Shown in pieces: positions 1-11,300 of a stretch of 64,000 bases of DNA (position 1 is the stretch's first letter; each line of letters begins with the position of its first letter). The notes below the pieces were generated by a model. The model did not search any database. It saw only the letters and a program-made list of their open reading frames with translations, and was not told where the DNA came from. The position numbers were made by a program, and so were the translations under genes. This DNA comes from a virus (lineage: Duplodnaviria > Caudoviricetes), in IMG/VR virus record IMGVR_UViG_3300014590_000001, positions 1 through 64,000 of that record; one strand, given 5' to 3'.

Positions 1-2
1 CA

Positions 3-989
3 AACATTCGCTTTATTCGTAACGAATACTTCACGCATGATATCGACTTCCTCACAAGTGATTTCGCATTCATGGCGGGTGGTAGTGACGGCGACAAAGT
101 TACTTCCGATATGATGGCGCAAGCGTATCAAGATTACTTTGGTGATCCTGAAGAACAACGCATTACTCTGCTGGTGTCTGGTGGTCTTGATGATCATATC
201 GTTCACCGTGGAATGGTGCTGGCTGCGAACAATCACATTAACTGTCACGTCATTGGCGCTGTGCCGATGGAAGAACAGAGCGTTGCGAAAGCGATTCGCT
301 ATCGTCGTCAAACTCTGAACATTAATGCGCGTAACATGAGTCTTTACTCTCCGCACATTAAAGAGTTCGATGAAGATACTGGTCGTTATATTTGGGTGCC
401 GATTGTTGGTCAGGTTTGTGCTGCGTACTGCGCGACTGACAACAACCGTGGAACATGGTTTGCACCTGCTGGTATTACTGCTTCTGCTAACCTGCAAGTT
501 TACGGTTCCAACGCGCTCTACGATCAGGCTTCTCGCGATGCACTTGCGCGTGAACAGATCAACTACCTGCGCAAACTTCCTGAAAATTTGGGCGGCGGTT
601 ATGCAATTTGGGAAGCGTTCACTCTGTTGAATACTGACAGTGCTTTCCAGCAAGTGCCTATTCAACGAATGGTTGGTTACATTCTTGAAGTGGCGCAACG
701 TCAGGCGCGTACCGGACTGTTTGATCCAAACGATAGCGTGTTGCGTGATACGCTTGTCGCGAAGATTGAAAAGTTCTTAGAAGAAATTCGCTTAGGTCGC
801 GGTTTACGAACTGGCTCTACAGGTTCTGCTGGCTATAAAGTTGTGTGTGATGAAACAAACAACACGAATCAAACAATTGAGAATGGCGATCTGATTATTG
901 ATATCGTTCTCGATCCAACTCGTATGACTCGTCGTTTGATTTATCGCTTCAACATCAATCCGAAAGGCAGCACTTCAACCGTGATTTAA
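3..989 (+). CDS. Tail sheath protein, paralog 1 (5'-truncated by window edge)
   Basis: Frame is open from base 3. Sheath C-terminal motifs WFAPAG, QIN, IW...TL, 'LFDPND...L', 'YKVVCDETNNT...IENGDLIIDI..DP'; clearly paralogous to 29007..30692. Confidence 0.9.
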   Translation, partial: NIRFIRNEYFTHDIDFLTSDFAFMAGGSDGDKVTSDMMAQAYQDYFGDPEEQRITLLVSGGLDDHIVHRGMVLAANNHINCHVIGAVPMEEQSVAKAIRYRRQTLNINARNMSLYSPHIKEFDEDTGRYIWVPIVGQVCAAYCATDNNRGTWFAPAGITASANLQVYGSNALYDQASRDALAREQINYLRKLPENLGGGYAIWEAFTLLNTDSAFQQVPIQRMVGYILEVAQRQARTGLFDPNDSVLRDTLVAKIEKFLEEIRLGRGLRTGSTGSAGYKVVCDETNNTNQTIENGDLIIDIVLDPTRMTRRLIYRFNINPKGSTSTVI

Positions 990-1010
990 TGCTTCTTCTG
1001 GAGAAGACTC

Positions 1011-1637
1011 ATGGAATTAAAGTTAGAGAAGTTTATTAATAACGTCGAACTTCTTACGAACATCCATAGTCAGAATAAAAACCCAATTCTCTTCCGCCTA
1101 CCGGTGGAAGGGAGTTCTCTCGGTTTGGTTTTCTTCTGCGGATATTCGGTTCCTCGTTATGTTGTGCTTCCGGAAAATGCGGTGCGGATTGATTTCAATC
1201 CTGAATCCGAAACTTTCAGAAGCGCTTTCAAACGCACATCGCATGACAGTACGAATCCCGATAACGATGTTTGGGAAGAACTGTATTTTTATGACGATGC
1301 AATGGAAGAACAGCATTATTCTGATGCTGATATCGGAATTATTTCTGACATGCTTCCTCCTGTCGCAACTGTTCTCACGCACGGCGTTGGATATCTTTCT
1401 TATCCTGAAGCTGAAGCGCGTGTGGTGCAAGACGGCGACGTTACACTGACTGATGCTCGTCCTCCGCTTGATCATACGCATCCGGAAACGCCAGCCAGTT
1501 TGTTCAGCGTCAATAAATCTTCCGGTGCCGAAAGCATTCCAGTACAAGATCAGGCTTCTCCGAAAGTTGGTCAAATTCTGGTGTTTGAAAATGACACGGT
1601 GACATGGCGCAAACTGAAAGAAGGGGAACTGTCGTGA
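1011..1637 (+). CDS. Virion structural/fibre-associated protein (DARxPxxHxH family)
   Basis: GGAG RBS; shares 'DxNPxS..F..RTSH..W.E' and 'DARPPLDHTHPE' motifs with the next two genes. Confidence 0.6.
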   Translation: MELKLEKFINNVELLTNIHSQNKNPILFRLPVEGSSLGLVFFCGYSVPRYVVLPENAVRIDFNPESETFRSAFKRTSHDSTNPDNDVWEELYFYDDAMEEQHYSDADIGIISDMLPPVATVLTHGVGYLSYPEAEARVVQDGDVTLTDARPPLDHTHPETPASLFSVNKSSGAESIPVQDQASPKVGQILVFENDTVTWRKLKEGELS

Positions 1638-2281
1638 CAACTAATCTGCTTCCTACTTTCAATCAGATCATTTCTGCTTTACTCGCCGTTACGGAATTTG
1701 AAACAAATCATCTGACGCAAGTTATTCGTCAAGTGAATCCAGTTTTGAATACCAGTGCGAGTTTTGTCGTTTCTGCAACTGAGCCGACTGATATTCCTCT
1801 GCCGCTGAACGTTGTTTGGCTGTGCATGGATACTTCTAAAAAGTTTTATCGCACGTTGCTTACGCGTACTGCGAAAACTCCTGCTAATGGTTTCGATCAT
1901 ACGTGGGTAGAAGTAAAAGAAATCGCTTCGCTGTGGGCACCGCAATATTACGCGCAAGAAGATCTGCCAAGCAGTACCGCTCTGCCGCTTGCAACGAAAG
2001 ATGATTATGGCGTAGCTCGTATCACTACGAAAGCTGTTGCTGAAGATCGTCCTACGTTTGTTTCAGTTTCAGATCCTCGCAATACCGACGCACGTAAACC
2101 GAAAGCGCACACGCATCCGGAAAAACCTGCTAAGGAATTGAAGCACTCAACTGGTAAGATTAATGTTGATGCTACCAAAGGAACTGCGGGAACAACGTTC
2201 GTTGCCGATAGCGCGTCAGTTGCCAAATACGCATCGATCGATGCTTCTGATCTGTTGGAGGCAAATAATGGCAACAACTAA
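1634..2281 (+). CDS. Virion structural/fibre-associated protein (DARxPxxHxH family)
   Basis: GTG start in a GTGA overlap with the upstream stop; 'ATKDDYGVARI', 'SDPRNTDARKPKAHTHPE'. Confidence 0.6.
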   Translation: MTTNLLPTFNQIISALLAVTEFETNHLTQVIRQVNPVLNTSASFVVSATEPTDIPLPLNVVWLCMDTSKKFYRTLLTRTAKTPANGFDHTWVEVKEIASLWAPQYYAQEDLPSSTALPLATKDDYGVARITTKAVAEDRPTFVSVSDPRNTDARKPKAHTHPEKPAKELKHSTGKINVDATKGTAGTTFVADSASVAKYASIDASDLLEANNGNN

Positions 2282-5200
2282 TATTCTGGATTACGCGAAG
2301 AAGTATATTCAGCTTGCGCGTACTCGTGGCCTCACTCCACGAAATCCAGTGACGTTCGAATTTAAACCGTATCCAAACAATCAGAAAGATGTTTATCAGG
2401 TTGTTGTAAGTTATACGGAACCTTCGTTTGCTGATAAGCCGTACAACCTTTTGTGGATTGATGGGAACCCTGCTTCTCCTAAATTCCAAAGAGTATTGCT
2501 TCGTACTTCTCACACGTCTGATGGTGTTTATCGCGGAACGTGGCAAGAGATTACGGACTATGCGAATCTTTATAAGTCTTCGCAATTTTTCCGTTTCGTT
2601 GTGGAGAACGCTTCTGACTTAGGGATCGATCCTGGCCAGTTGAATACTCCGCTGGCTTCGACGGCGCGAATCGGTAAAGTTATTTTAAAAGATAATCACG
2701 CTTCGTCTGTTGCTGTCAGTGATAGCGATCCGCGAATGAGTGATCCCCGCGATCCGACTGCACATGATCATGACGATTATCCGCGCACGAAAATTCGAAT
2801 CAATAGCAAAGATTACGCACAAGTGGATAGTTCCATCACTCCTGTGGCTGGCGCTGTGCTTGCCATTGTGGGTCGTGATCCTGTGGATTCACATAAGTTT
2901 ATCGGAGAGTGGCGCAAGCCAAGTCTGGACAACGTTGACTGGACTTCTCCAAAACTTTTAAATCTGCGCATTAGTCTCCCAGGCAATGCAAGTTATATGA
3001 GCGACAACGCAAGTATCAAACTTGTTGCAACTGCTGAATGGGAAAACAATGTTGTTCAGAATCCGGCTGGCGTTATTTGGTCGATTGAAGAAAACGTTGT
3101 AGGCGTGACGATGGCGGCAGACGGAACTGTTACTGCTCCGGATTTGGGCGCAGACATTGTTCTGAAAGTTACGGCGAAACTGAAAGATCCAGTGTACGGC
3201 AACATTGTTGTAGGCACTTACGATCTGCATATTCGCAACGTGTTTATTCCGGACGACGAAATTGTTTCGATTAATATCGTCGGTAAAGATTCTCTGTTCT
3301 TCCGTGAACGCGATACTTATGCGGTTTACGCGACGTTCAAGAAAGGCGGTCTGACTGCAATCTCTCCGGATAACTTTGTTGTTGATCGTCCGACTGCTCT
3401 CATTCTTACTGGAATGGTTGGTGAAGCTGCTCGCATTAACGCTGACACTGTTGCAACTCTTACGGCGACGTATGATTTCAACGGCAACACTTACACTGCA
3501 TCGAAACAAGTTACAGTGAAAGCGCAGCGTATGACTGAACTGCAAATCACTGGCGCGTCGTCGATTAACAGTCAAGGTGAAGCGAGTTATACTTTCTTTG
3601 TTATCTGGTCGAACGGCGATAAAGAACAAGTTACTCCGGACTTCTTCCAAGCGGTTCCTTCTACGTACACTGTTATCAGTGGAAATAAAGTTACTGCGAA
3701 GAAAGAAGAAACTGCGAACCGTCAGGTAGAACTTCAGGCAGGTTTCACTTCCGCGACAAACAATCAGTTTATCGACGCGAAGAAAACAATCACGATTGTG
3801 AAAGAGTCTGCTGCTGAATTCCTCACTGATTTCATTATTCAAGGTGCTGATACGATCATCGAAGGTCGTTCTTCTGCCTATCGCTTCCTTGCGATTATGA
3901 ATACTGGAACAAACCGCACGGTCGATCCGGATACGTTCAAAAGTTCAAACGTTGCTGTTGCTTACATCGTTAATAAAACGGTGAACGCTGGTCAGGTTAA
4001 TGCGGATACTGTTGTGACTCTTACTGCAACGTTTACGTATGACGGAATCACGCGCACGGCGACGAAAGATATTACCGTGATTAATGTAGTGCCAACTGTT
4101 GCGCTTAGTAAAATCGAAATTCTCGGTGAAGACGAAGTTCAGCAAAGCACTCAACATGATTACACGGTGTTGGCGACTTACACTGATGGTCATACTCTGC
4201 AAATTCAGGCAGACGAATTTAAAATGACTACCGTAACTCCTTATGCGAGTTTCGATGGAACTTCAGGACGCTTAACTGTTGGCGCTCTGGATATTCCAAG
4301 TTTGAGTCTGGTTCTCTCTGCAACGTATACGGAAAACGGTGTAACTAAATCTGCATCGAAAACTGTTGTTGCGAAAGGAAACCCGCCTACGAAAGTGCGT
4401 ATCGAAATTGTTGGCCCTTCAACGATTGACGAGAAAACAACTGGTAACTTCACCGCGCATTATTTAATGAGTGATAACAGCACTCAGCCAATCACTAATC
4501 TTCAGTGGTTGATTCTGCAAGGTGGAACTTACGCAACTATTGATCAGACTGGATTGATGACTGCGAAAGAAGTTACTCAGGATCAAACTGTTCTGCTTCG
4601 CGCAAGTGATGGAACTTTGAATAGTCAGGCAAGCGTGATCATTCGTAACGTCGCAGATATTCTTCCGGAAAGTCTGACGATTAACGGTGCTACCGATGTT
4701 GTTGGTGGTGTTGATGCGCCGTATGCCGCTGTTGCGTTGTTCACGGATGCAACCTCCAAAGATGTTTCGAAAGATGCAACGTGGAGTGTTTCCGTTGTGA
4801 GTGGTGCGACTGTTCCTTCAATCGACAAAAACGGAATGCTGACAACTACTGTTGTTTCTTCTCCGTCTGTTGTGAAGATCACTGCGGTGTACAAACTGGA
4901 AAGCGCTGTCGTTACTGCAACTCGTAACGTTAACGTTTTACCTGCTGACGTTCCGACTGCGTATGGCCCTCGTTATGGCACACACGCAAAAGTTATGAGC
5001 GCTGCTGGATACGATAAAGCATTCTTTGAATCGCTGAAAACGAATCTGACAGAAACCGGAAAACAGATCCTGAATATTCCTGCTGGTTCTTCTACTGAAG
5101 CAAACGGATTGTTCTGGTATGTTGCGTGGCCTGCAAAACTCGCTTACGGTTACTTCCGTGATCCGACAAGCGGCTTCGCTGGTTCGTGGGATGGTGCGAT

Positions 5201-5357
5201 GGAATTCGGTGACTTCAACTTTGTTGGTGCTGCTGAAATTTCAATTGATGGTGTGTTGTATTACATCTATCGTGCTGACTTCCCGTTCGGTGCGCAGTAC
5301 AGCTTTAGTTTCGAACTGACCTACGGATCTACTTCGTCACTGTCAGGTATGCCGTAA
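2268..5357 (+). CDS. Large Ig-like (Big_2-type) repeat fibre/virion protein
   Basis: ATG 2268 after GGAGG; N-terminal 'SDPRMSDPRDPTAHDH' module, then about seven beta-rich repeats 'I.G...I.E....Y...A.Y.DG...VT'. Confidence 0.75.
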   Translation: MATTNILDYAKKYIQLARTRGLTPRNPVTFEFKPYPNNQKDVYQVVVSYTEPSFADKPYNLLWIDGNPASPKFQRVLLRTSHTSDGVYRGTWQEITDYANLYKSSQFFRFVVENASDLGIDPGQLNTPLASTARIGKVILKDNHASSVAVSDSDPRMSDPRDPTAHDHDDYPRTKIRINSKDYAQVDSSITPVAGAVLAIVGRDPVDSHKFIGEWRKPSLDNVDWTSPKLLNLRISLPGNASYMSDNASIKLVATAEWENNVVQNPAGVIWSIEENVVGVTMAADGTVTAPDLGADIVLKVTAKLKDPVYGNIVVGTYDLHIRNVFIPDDEIVSINIVGKDSLFFRERDTYAVYATFKKGGLTAISPDNFVVDRPTALILTGMVGEAARINADTVATLTATYDFNGNTYTASKQVTVKAQRMTELQITGASSINSQGEASYTFFVIWSNGDKEQVTPDFFQAVPSTYTVISGNKVTAKKEETANRQVELQAGFTSATNNQFIDAKKTITIVKESAAEFLTDFIIQGADTIIEGRSSAYRFLAIMNTGTNRTVDPDTFKSSNVAVAYIVNKTVNAGQVNADTVVTLTATFTYDGITRTATKDITVINVVPTVALSKIEILGEDEVQQSTQHDYTVLATYTDGHTLQIQADEFKMTTVTPYASFDGTSGRLTVGALDIPSLSLVLSATYTENGVTKSASKTVVAKGNPPTKVRIEIVGPSTIDEKTTGNFTAHYLMSDNSTQPITNLQWLILQGGTYATIDQTGLMTAKEVTQDQTVLLRASDGTLNSQASVIIRNVADILPESLTINGATDVVGGVDAPYAAVALFTDATSKDVSKDATWSVSVVSGATVPSIDKNGMLTTTVVSSPSVVKITAVYKLESAVVTATRNVNVLPADVPTAYGPRYGTHAKVMSAAGYDKAFFESLKTNLTETGKQILNIPAGSSTEANGLFWYVAWPAKLAYGYFRDPTSGFAGSWDGAMEFGDFNFVGAAEISIDGVLYYIYRADFPFGAQYSFSFELTYGSTSSLSGMP

Positions 5358-5374
5358 AATAAAAGGAGAAAGTG

Positions 5375-6139
5375 ATGCCGGTAATGTTAACTTCGTTTCT
5401 ATTACCGTCTAACTCTGCTCTGCCATTCCTCCTTCAAGATATTCACTTGAAGGGGGGATTGCGTTGCGTGAAAGCTGTAACTGATCGTGATGCAATTCCT
5501 ACTGGCGCACGTTCTGCGGGTATGATGGTTTGGGTGTCTGCTGACAAACAAATGTATCAACTCGCAGACGATTTAACTACATGGGAAGACGCGAAGTTAG
5601 GAAACAATTTAGTTTTCAAAAGTCCTCTCAAAGTTACACAAAATCAGAATAACGAACAGGAAGTGAGTCTCGAAGATTCGCAACTTATTCCGAAAGCTGG
5701 TGAAGTGGGATTAGTTTTAACTGCGGGTGCAAACAACACTTTGGTGTGGTCAAATCTCGGCGGTTCTGCTGGTCAAGGTGCGCGAGTAAATGTGGAGTAT
5801 GAAGCTCAAGATTTCATTCCTCCAGGTGAAAATCTTAATTTCACTATGGATATGGCGAAAACTTGTATGCTGTTGGTTGTGGAATTAAACGCGTTCGATA
5901 TTGAATTGCAATTCCACCAAACAGAAGATCGAAATGATCGAAACCCATACGTGTTCCGCTCAACTGTTGATTTCTTGAAAGACGATGGCGTGATGATAGA
6001 AGATGAAACTCTGGTAAAACATCGTCGTTTCGCGTTTCTGTCAGTTGAGGATGGTGTGACTCATTACGGTGTTATGCGTAATTTGGGATCGTCACCTGCT
6101 CAACCAAAAGTTTCTGTAACTTACTTAGTGCTGGAGTAA
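5375..6139 (+). CDS. Putative fibre/virion structural protein
   Basis: AGGAG RBS; 'LKGG...V..V.DRDAIP..R..GM.VWV' segment typical of phage fibre proteins. Confidence 0.55.
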   Translation: MPVMLTSFLLPSNSALPFLLQDIHLKGGLRCVKAVTDRDAIPTGARSAGMMVWVSADKQMYQLADDLTTWEDAKLGNNLVFKSPLKVTQNQNNEQEVSLEDSQLIPKAGEVGLVLTAGANNTLVWSNLGGSAGQGARVNVEYEAQDFIPPGENLNFTMDMAKTCMLLVVELNAFDIELQFHQTEDRNDRNPYVFRSTVDFLKDDGVMIEDETLVKHRRFAFLSVEDGVTHYGVMRNLGSSPAQPKVSVTYLVLE

Positions 6140-6142
6140 TTC

Positions 6143-7117
6143 ATGACTTATACAAAAGGTCAAAACATTGTAGGGCTTGAGAATCTCGTCCGAAAACTCG
6201 CTGCCTCAATGGTAACTGCTGGCTTTACTGTTGTTGCTGTTGATGGTGCTGCGGGATCGAATATCACTTCCACTGCGAAGAAAATTGTTCTGTCTCCAAA
6301 TGACACAATCGACTCTCTGTATGAAAACCAGAAGTGGTCTGTGATTCTTTCTGCGAGCGACGCAGACAAAACTATGGCGATGAATGTGTTGCCGTCCAGC
6401 CAACTTAATGCGACAACTTTCGAAGCTGTAATGCGTAACGCAACTGCTGAAGTTGGTCGTCTTGCGGTTGATGGTCTGGAATCAAACTACTTCATCGATC
6501 TTGCGAAAGATTGGAAAATTGACGCTGCTGCCGATTTCGCTGCGTATCCGTTCTCTTACGATCTCGCAATTTCCGATCACGGCTTCTCTCTTCAGGTTAA
6601 CGCTGAAGGTCTGGACAACACTGGCACCGCGTTTAGTTGGGCTGTTGTTCAGCGTGGCGTTGTTGCTGAAACTGGCGAAGTAGATCCAAACTCTCCGCTG
6701 TTTGCGATTTATTCTATCGGTGGCGGTCAGGCTGGAAATCCTGATACTCTGAATGAAAAATCAATTCAGCGTTTCACCGTAATTGAGCGCGATATCAATG
6801 CGGCAACTGCACCGATCAGCGCAGTGGTTCCTTCTCCTGATGGAATTCCTGTTATCAATCCGTTGCAGCAAGTTATGATCGCTGAAGGTAACAAGGCAAT
6901 CGTGCTGTTCCCTCATATGATCAACACGCACCGCTATCTGTATCATATCGTTCTTGATATGCTGGGTTACACTTCGGCTGACGTTATTTCTGCGGCATCG
7001 AATGTTGATGTTTCTCCGGCATCCATCAAGACTACGTATCGCGCAATGAATGCAAACGGAAAAGATAACCGTGGTATGCGTATTCTTTTCCCAATCGCTG
7101 AAGTTGTAGCACCTTAA
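6143..7117 (+). CDS. Putative tail fibre/hair protein, paralog A
   Basis: Shares 'ISDHG', 'IQRFTV.E.D.NA', 'VINPLQQV', 'DMLGY.SADVIS', 'GMRI' with 7135..8286. Confidence 0.6.
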   Translation: MTYTKGQNIVGLENLVRKLAASMVTAGFTVVAVDGAAGSNITSTAKKIVLSPNDTIDSLYENQKWSVILSASDADKTMAMNVLPSSQLNATTFEAVMRNATAEVGRLAVDGLESNYFIDLAKDWKIDAAADFAAYPFSYDLAISDHGFSLQVNAEGLDNTGTAFSWAVVQRGVVAETGEVDPNSPLFAIYSIGGGQAGNPDTLNEKSIQRFTVIERDINAATAPISAVVPSPDGIPVINPLQQVMIAEGNKAIVLFPHMINTHRYLYHIVLDMLGYTSADVISAASNVDVSPASIKTTYRAMNANGKDNRGMRILFPIAEVVAP

Positions 7118-7134
7118 TAAAGAGGAACTTTTAA

Positions 7135-8286
7135 ATGGGCAAGTTCATTAAAAAATCTGGTTACGTAAATAACCAAACTATGTGGAAAGATATCGTTAGC
7201 GATCTGATTGCGAACGGTTTCAACATGGTAAGCGCAAACGGAACTGTCGGCTCTACTGTTCCTTCTGTTGCACTGAATAGTTTTGTTCTGGAGGCAAGTA
7301 ACGCAGTCGATCCGCTGGCTGGCGTTTCTGGCACTCAGCGCTGGCGTATCGCTGGTCAGATTGCACCTCTGTCTACCCGACTGAACGTTGCAACTCCTGA
7401 TCAGATCACCGATACCGGAACCGTTTCTAAAATCGGTCAAAACGTTGTTAGCAATACCGCGTATCCGCAATATTCCGGCGCAATCGGCAAACGCCGCTTG
7501 ACTGCTCTGCCGAACCAGATCGCACAAGACGGCGACAAAAATACCGCACACGAAACTTATTTCTGGCATCGCGGTATTCCTAACCCGGCTGCGCAGAATG
7601 GTGTACCTGCTTATGCTGGCACCATGACTTTCGATGATGCAGATCCTGATTCGCTGATCTTCACCGATCCATCTTCTACGCCGATGACTTATCATCTGTC
7701 GATTTCCGATCACGGCGTGGCACTTCACATTTACGTTGAAGGTAGCGATGATTACGGTTGCCGTCAGGCGTGGCTGTGCATTCAACGTGCGATCAACAAA
7801 GATGGTTCTGTTGTTACTGACGGTAAAGCTCCACTGTTCTGTATCTGGTCTGTGAACGGCGGCGGTAGCGATGACGCAAACAAACTGATCGCTGATGGTA
7901 TTCAGCGTTTCACTGTTCGCGAGAAAGACGTGAACGCGCCGACAAAACCAGTGTCTGCTGTTCAGCACTCTGCGGATGCGTTTGCGGTTATCAACCCGCT
8001 TCAGCAAGTTGCTTTCTCTGAAGACAACAAGTTTGATTTCCGTCTGCCGCAAGGTTTCAACTCACATCGTTATTCTTATCCGTATGAGATCGACATGTTG
8101 GGTTACTCTTCTGCTGACGTAATTTCAAACGGCGTTGCAATCGACGTACAGGTTTATAACGAAGAGGATAAAACCGATCCGCAAAACCCTGTGCCGAAGA
8201 AACGTAACTATGCGGCGCTGTCTGCAAACAGTCCTAAGAACACCGGTATGCGTATCTTCCTGCTGGCTGCTGGTGGCGGCGTTTAA
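7135..8286 (+). CDS. Putative tail fibre/hair protein, paralog B (probably abundant)
   Basis: GAGG RBS, codon usage like the capsid gene, followed by a terminator; paralog of 6143..7117. Confidence 0.6.
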   Translation: MGKFIKKSGYVNNQTMWKDIVSDLIANGFNMVSANGTVGSTVPSVALNSFVLEASNAVDPLAGVSGTQRWRIAGQIAPLSTRLNVATPDQITDTGTVSKIGQNVVSNTAYPQYSGAIGKRRLTALPNQIAQDGDKNTAHETYFWHRGIPNPAAQNGVPAYAGTMTFDDADPDSLIFTDPSSTPMTYHLSISDHGVALHIYVEGSDDYGCRQAWLCIQRAINKDGSVVTDGKAPLFCIWSVNGGGSDDANKLIADGIQRFTVREKDVNAPTKPVSAVQHSADAFAVINPLQQVAFSEDNKFDFRLPQGFNSHRYSYPYEIDMLGYSSADVISNGVAIDVQVYNEEDKTDPQNPVPKKRNYAALSANSPKNTGMRIFLLAAGGGV

Positions 8287-8301
8287 TTTCGCGAAAAATT
8301 C

Positions 8302-8325
8302 GTGGGGCTTCGTGCCCCACTTTTT
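8302..8325 (+). terminator. Rho-independent terminator
   Basis: GTGGGGC-ttcgt-GCCCCAC followed by TTTTT. Confidence 0.85.
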
Positions 8326-8349
8326 GTTTCTCTCGCTTGAGGTACAAAA

Positions 8350-11300
8350 ATGGCGCTCAATATTCAGAAAATTGTTTCAAGCAATGCAACTGAATCTTGG
8401 TCGAACGCGATTCACATTAAGCGGTATCCTTCCGGCACATTAAAATTTCTTGTTGTCGGTGGAAAGTTTGAAAACAATTCGGATCAGATTAGTGTCGTTG
8501 CTGATGCGTTTGGCATGTATAACTTTACGGTTACTGCCGACGTTCCAACGAAACAGTATCGTTCCAGACAGGTAACGGTTTATTACGATTACGCTGGACA
8601 GTGGACACTGTTGCAAGAAGCGTCACGTATTGTTCAGGCAACTGTGCAAAAAACTGTTACGCCTAAAGCGTTGATGAATGGTTTCGACGCACTATATAAA
8701 GCTGATGCAATTGATCCGGAATTCGGTGAAGCTGTAATTGCTTTTGGTGCGACTGAATTAACGCCAGCGGCAATGGATGCGCTGACTCCGAAAACTCTTT
8801 CAAGCGTCACGCTTAACGCTGCGGCCTTTGATTATAAAAATCCTGTGTGGTTCGTCGCTGATAAGGCGGCAAGAAAAGTTCACCTTTTCAATAACCCTGC
8901 GGATTCTGCAAGCCTGATTCGCTATCAAACAATTTCGCAAGAATTTGCTGATGCGTTTGCATATTACTCTCCGGCTACTCACCGCCGAACCGTTGCTATA
9001 TTTGGTTCGAACGGAACGATTAGTTGGTACAACGTTCGAATGGAAAAACAGCCGGACGTTGTATTGCCTTATCGCATTATGCGCGTTGTATTGCTTAAAG
9101 CAACTGGCGCATTTGATCCGCTGTTTGCCGTTATCGACACTGACGGAAAGATTCACAAACTTGATTCTAACTTTACTGAAGTTAGCGTTAAGTCTGACGA
9201 GTTTTATGTTAACTGTCATGACACTCTCGACGCGTACATCACTCGCGATGGTCGTTTAGTTGGAACTGATGTAGCGGCGGTATATAACGATCCTTCGCAT
9301 TTCTTCTATGCGTTCGCTCCTGGGACTGAAGACGCTTATTCTTTTAATCGCAACACTAATAAACTTTGGCGTTGGCCGATTAAAACTACTGTCGGCAGTT
9401 TGATGCTTGGCGATCCGGATGAAAAAAGACTGCGTTATCCAACAACGTTCACGAATCCGGTAACTGCTTCACTGCTTTACACTGCGGGTAGCGATACTAC
9501 AGGTCGAAGAAGTTTTGTTGATCGCACTACAGCGACAATTGAAAATTCTTCGCGCAACTGGTCTTACTTGAGTTTAATGAGTAACGGCGCGACAACGCAA
9601 CTTTATGGTTACGTTGCACGTCCGACAACAACATTAACTCACACGTATGTTCCAACTTACGGCGCAACACTTCCAGCATACGATCAGGCGCTGGGCAAAA
9701 CTGTTGTGTTCACGTTCACGGCAAACTTTGACGACACTGACGATCTGTTGCCGATTACGTTACCTGATGGGATCGTGTGGACTGCGAAAGTTGGCGGCAA
9801 GGATGTTACGAACGTTAAAAACGGCGACGTGGTTACTGTTACTGCATCGCATGGATATTTAACGTCGCAGCCGTTCCCATTCAGCGTAGGCCGTTCAACT
9901 GGTCTTGTTGAAATTGTTCCAGATCCGTACCCCGATCCGTTCACGTTCGAAACAATTTATGACGTACCGGATTATAGCTGGCAACAAACTGAAACGAAAA
10001 CTCTGACAGGCATTAACCAACGATTAGAGTTTAGTGTTCTGATTGATGGCGAAGTTCATGATGACCGTGTTGAAGTTTACGTGAATGGAGTTCTGACTCC
10101 TGCGCCTGTGTTCATGTACAACGGCGATAAGTTCTATCTGAAAGTTCATCACGGATATAACATCACGAACATCAAAGTGTTCGCAGGGGAATACGAAACT
10201 GAATATGGAATCTTCACGGTTTCCGAAACAGAATTCGCTCCGGTTCCAAACCGTGCGTATGCTGAAATCAACAAAGAGTATCGCACTGTAACACTTACCA
10301 ACGATGGATTGACGGCGCTCGCGCTTACGATTGATTCTGCTGAAGGTGAGTTTGTTCAGGGCGGTAAAGAAGTAACGCTCGAAGTTGGTCAGTCAACGTA
10401 TTTGAAGTTTACTCCTACTGAAACAAACAAGAAATATCAGATTAAGTTTGGTAGTTCTCGTTATAAATATACGTGGGATATTTGGACGCACGACACATGG
10501 CTTGATGATCAACCTGCAACTGTCTATTCAAATGGCATGGTTGCTAAGGAAAGTGATTCACTTCATTTTGATGCGATACCAGAAAACTTCCTTACTGATA
10601 TTCGCATTCCTGCTGGCATTTTATTTAGCGTCGATGGAACAGACGTTGAAGCGGAGTTAGACTCTCGCGGCGTGTATATGAATAGTTTCATGCTGCTGGA
10701 TGTTTCGTGTGATTCTGTTTTAAAAATGGAATCTTACCCTTCGCACCAGCAACCGAAAGTTTTGGAATTTAGTCTCGCAAAAGTTTCATGGCTGCATGAT
10801 TTCGCTGGCACTGTTACCTATAGTTCCGGTAAAGATTCGCGCCCTACAAGTTTCGCACAAGATGCTCCGAAAGTTTGGTTTGAAAGTCGCGAAACAAATT
10901 ACTCTATTGCGCAGTACGAAAGTTTCAAAGTTGGCGCAACTGATTTCAGTACGCATATGGAATCCATTGAGCATAGCAGTATGCCAACATGGTTCAATCC
11001 ATTTGCATTCGTTGCTGCACTTGTTGCGCCTGTTTCTTTTGATCGTGAATTCGATTACGCATTTGAATCGGTAACGAACGAACTGAAACAAACGCACGAG
11101 GAATGGTATCTGTTTGCCGAAACGCTGATGGATATGCCTGAACTTGAGTTAGGATTTGAATCGCGCATTGGCCTTAAAGATGGTTTTGTTTTCGAACGAG
11201 CCTACGATATTGCTGAAGATACGTTCTCAAGTTCTGTTGATACTGAAACAACGAAAGTTATTCTCGACATTGCGCCGTTGTCTCCACGTCCTGTAAATTG

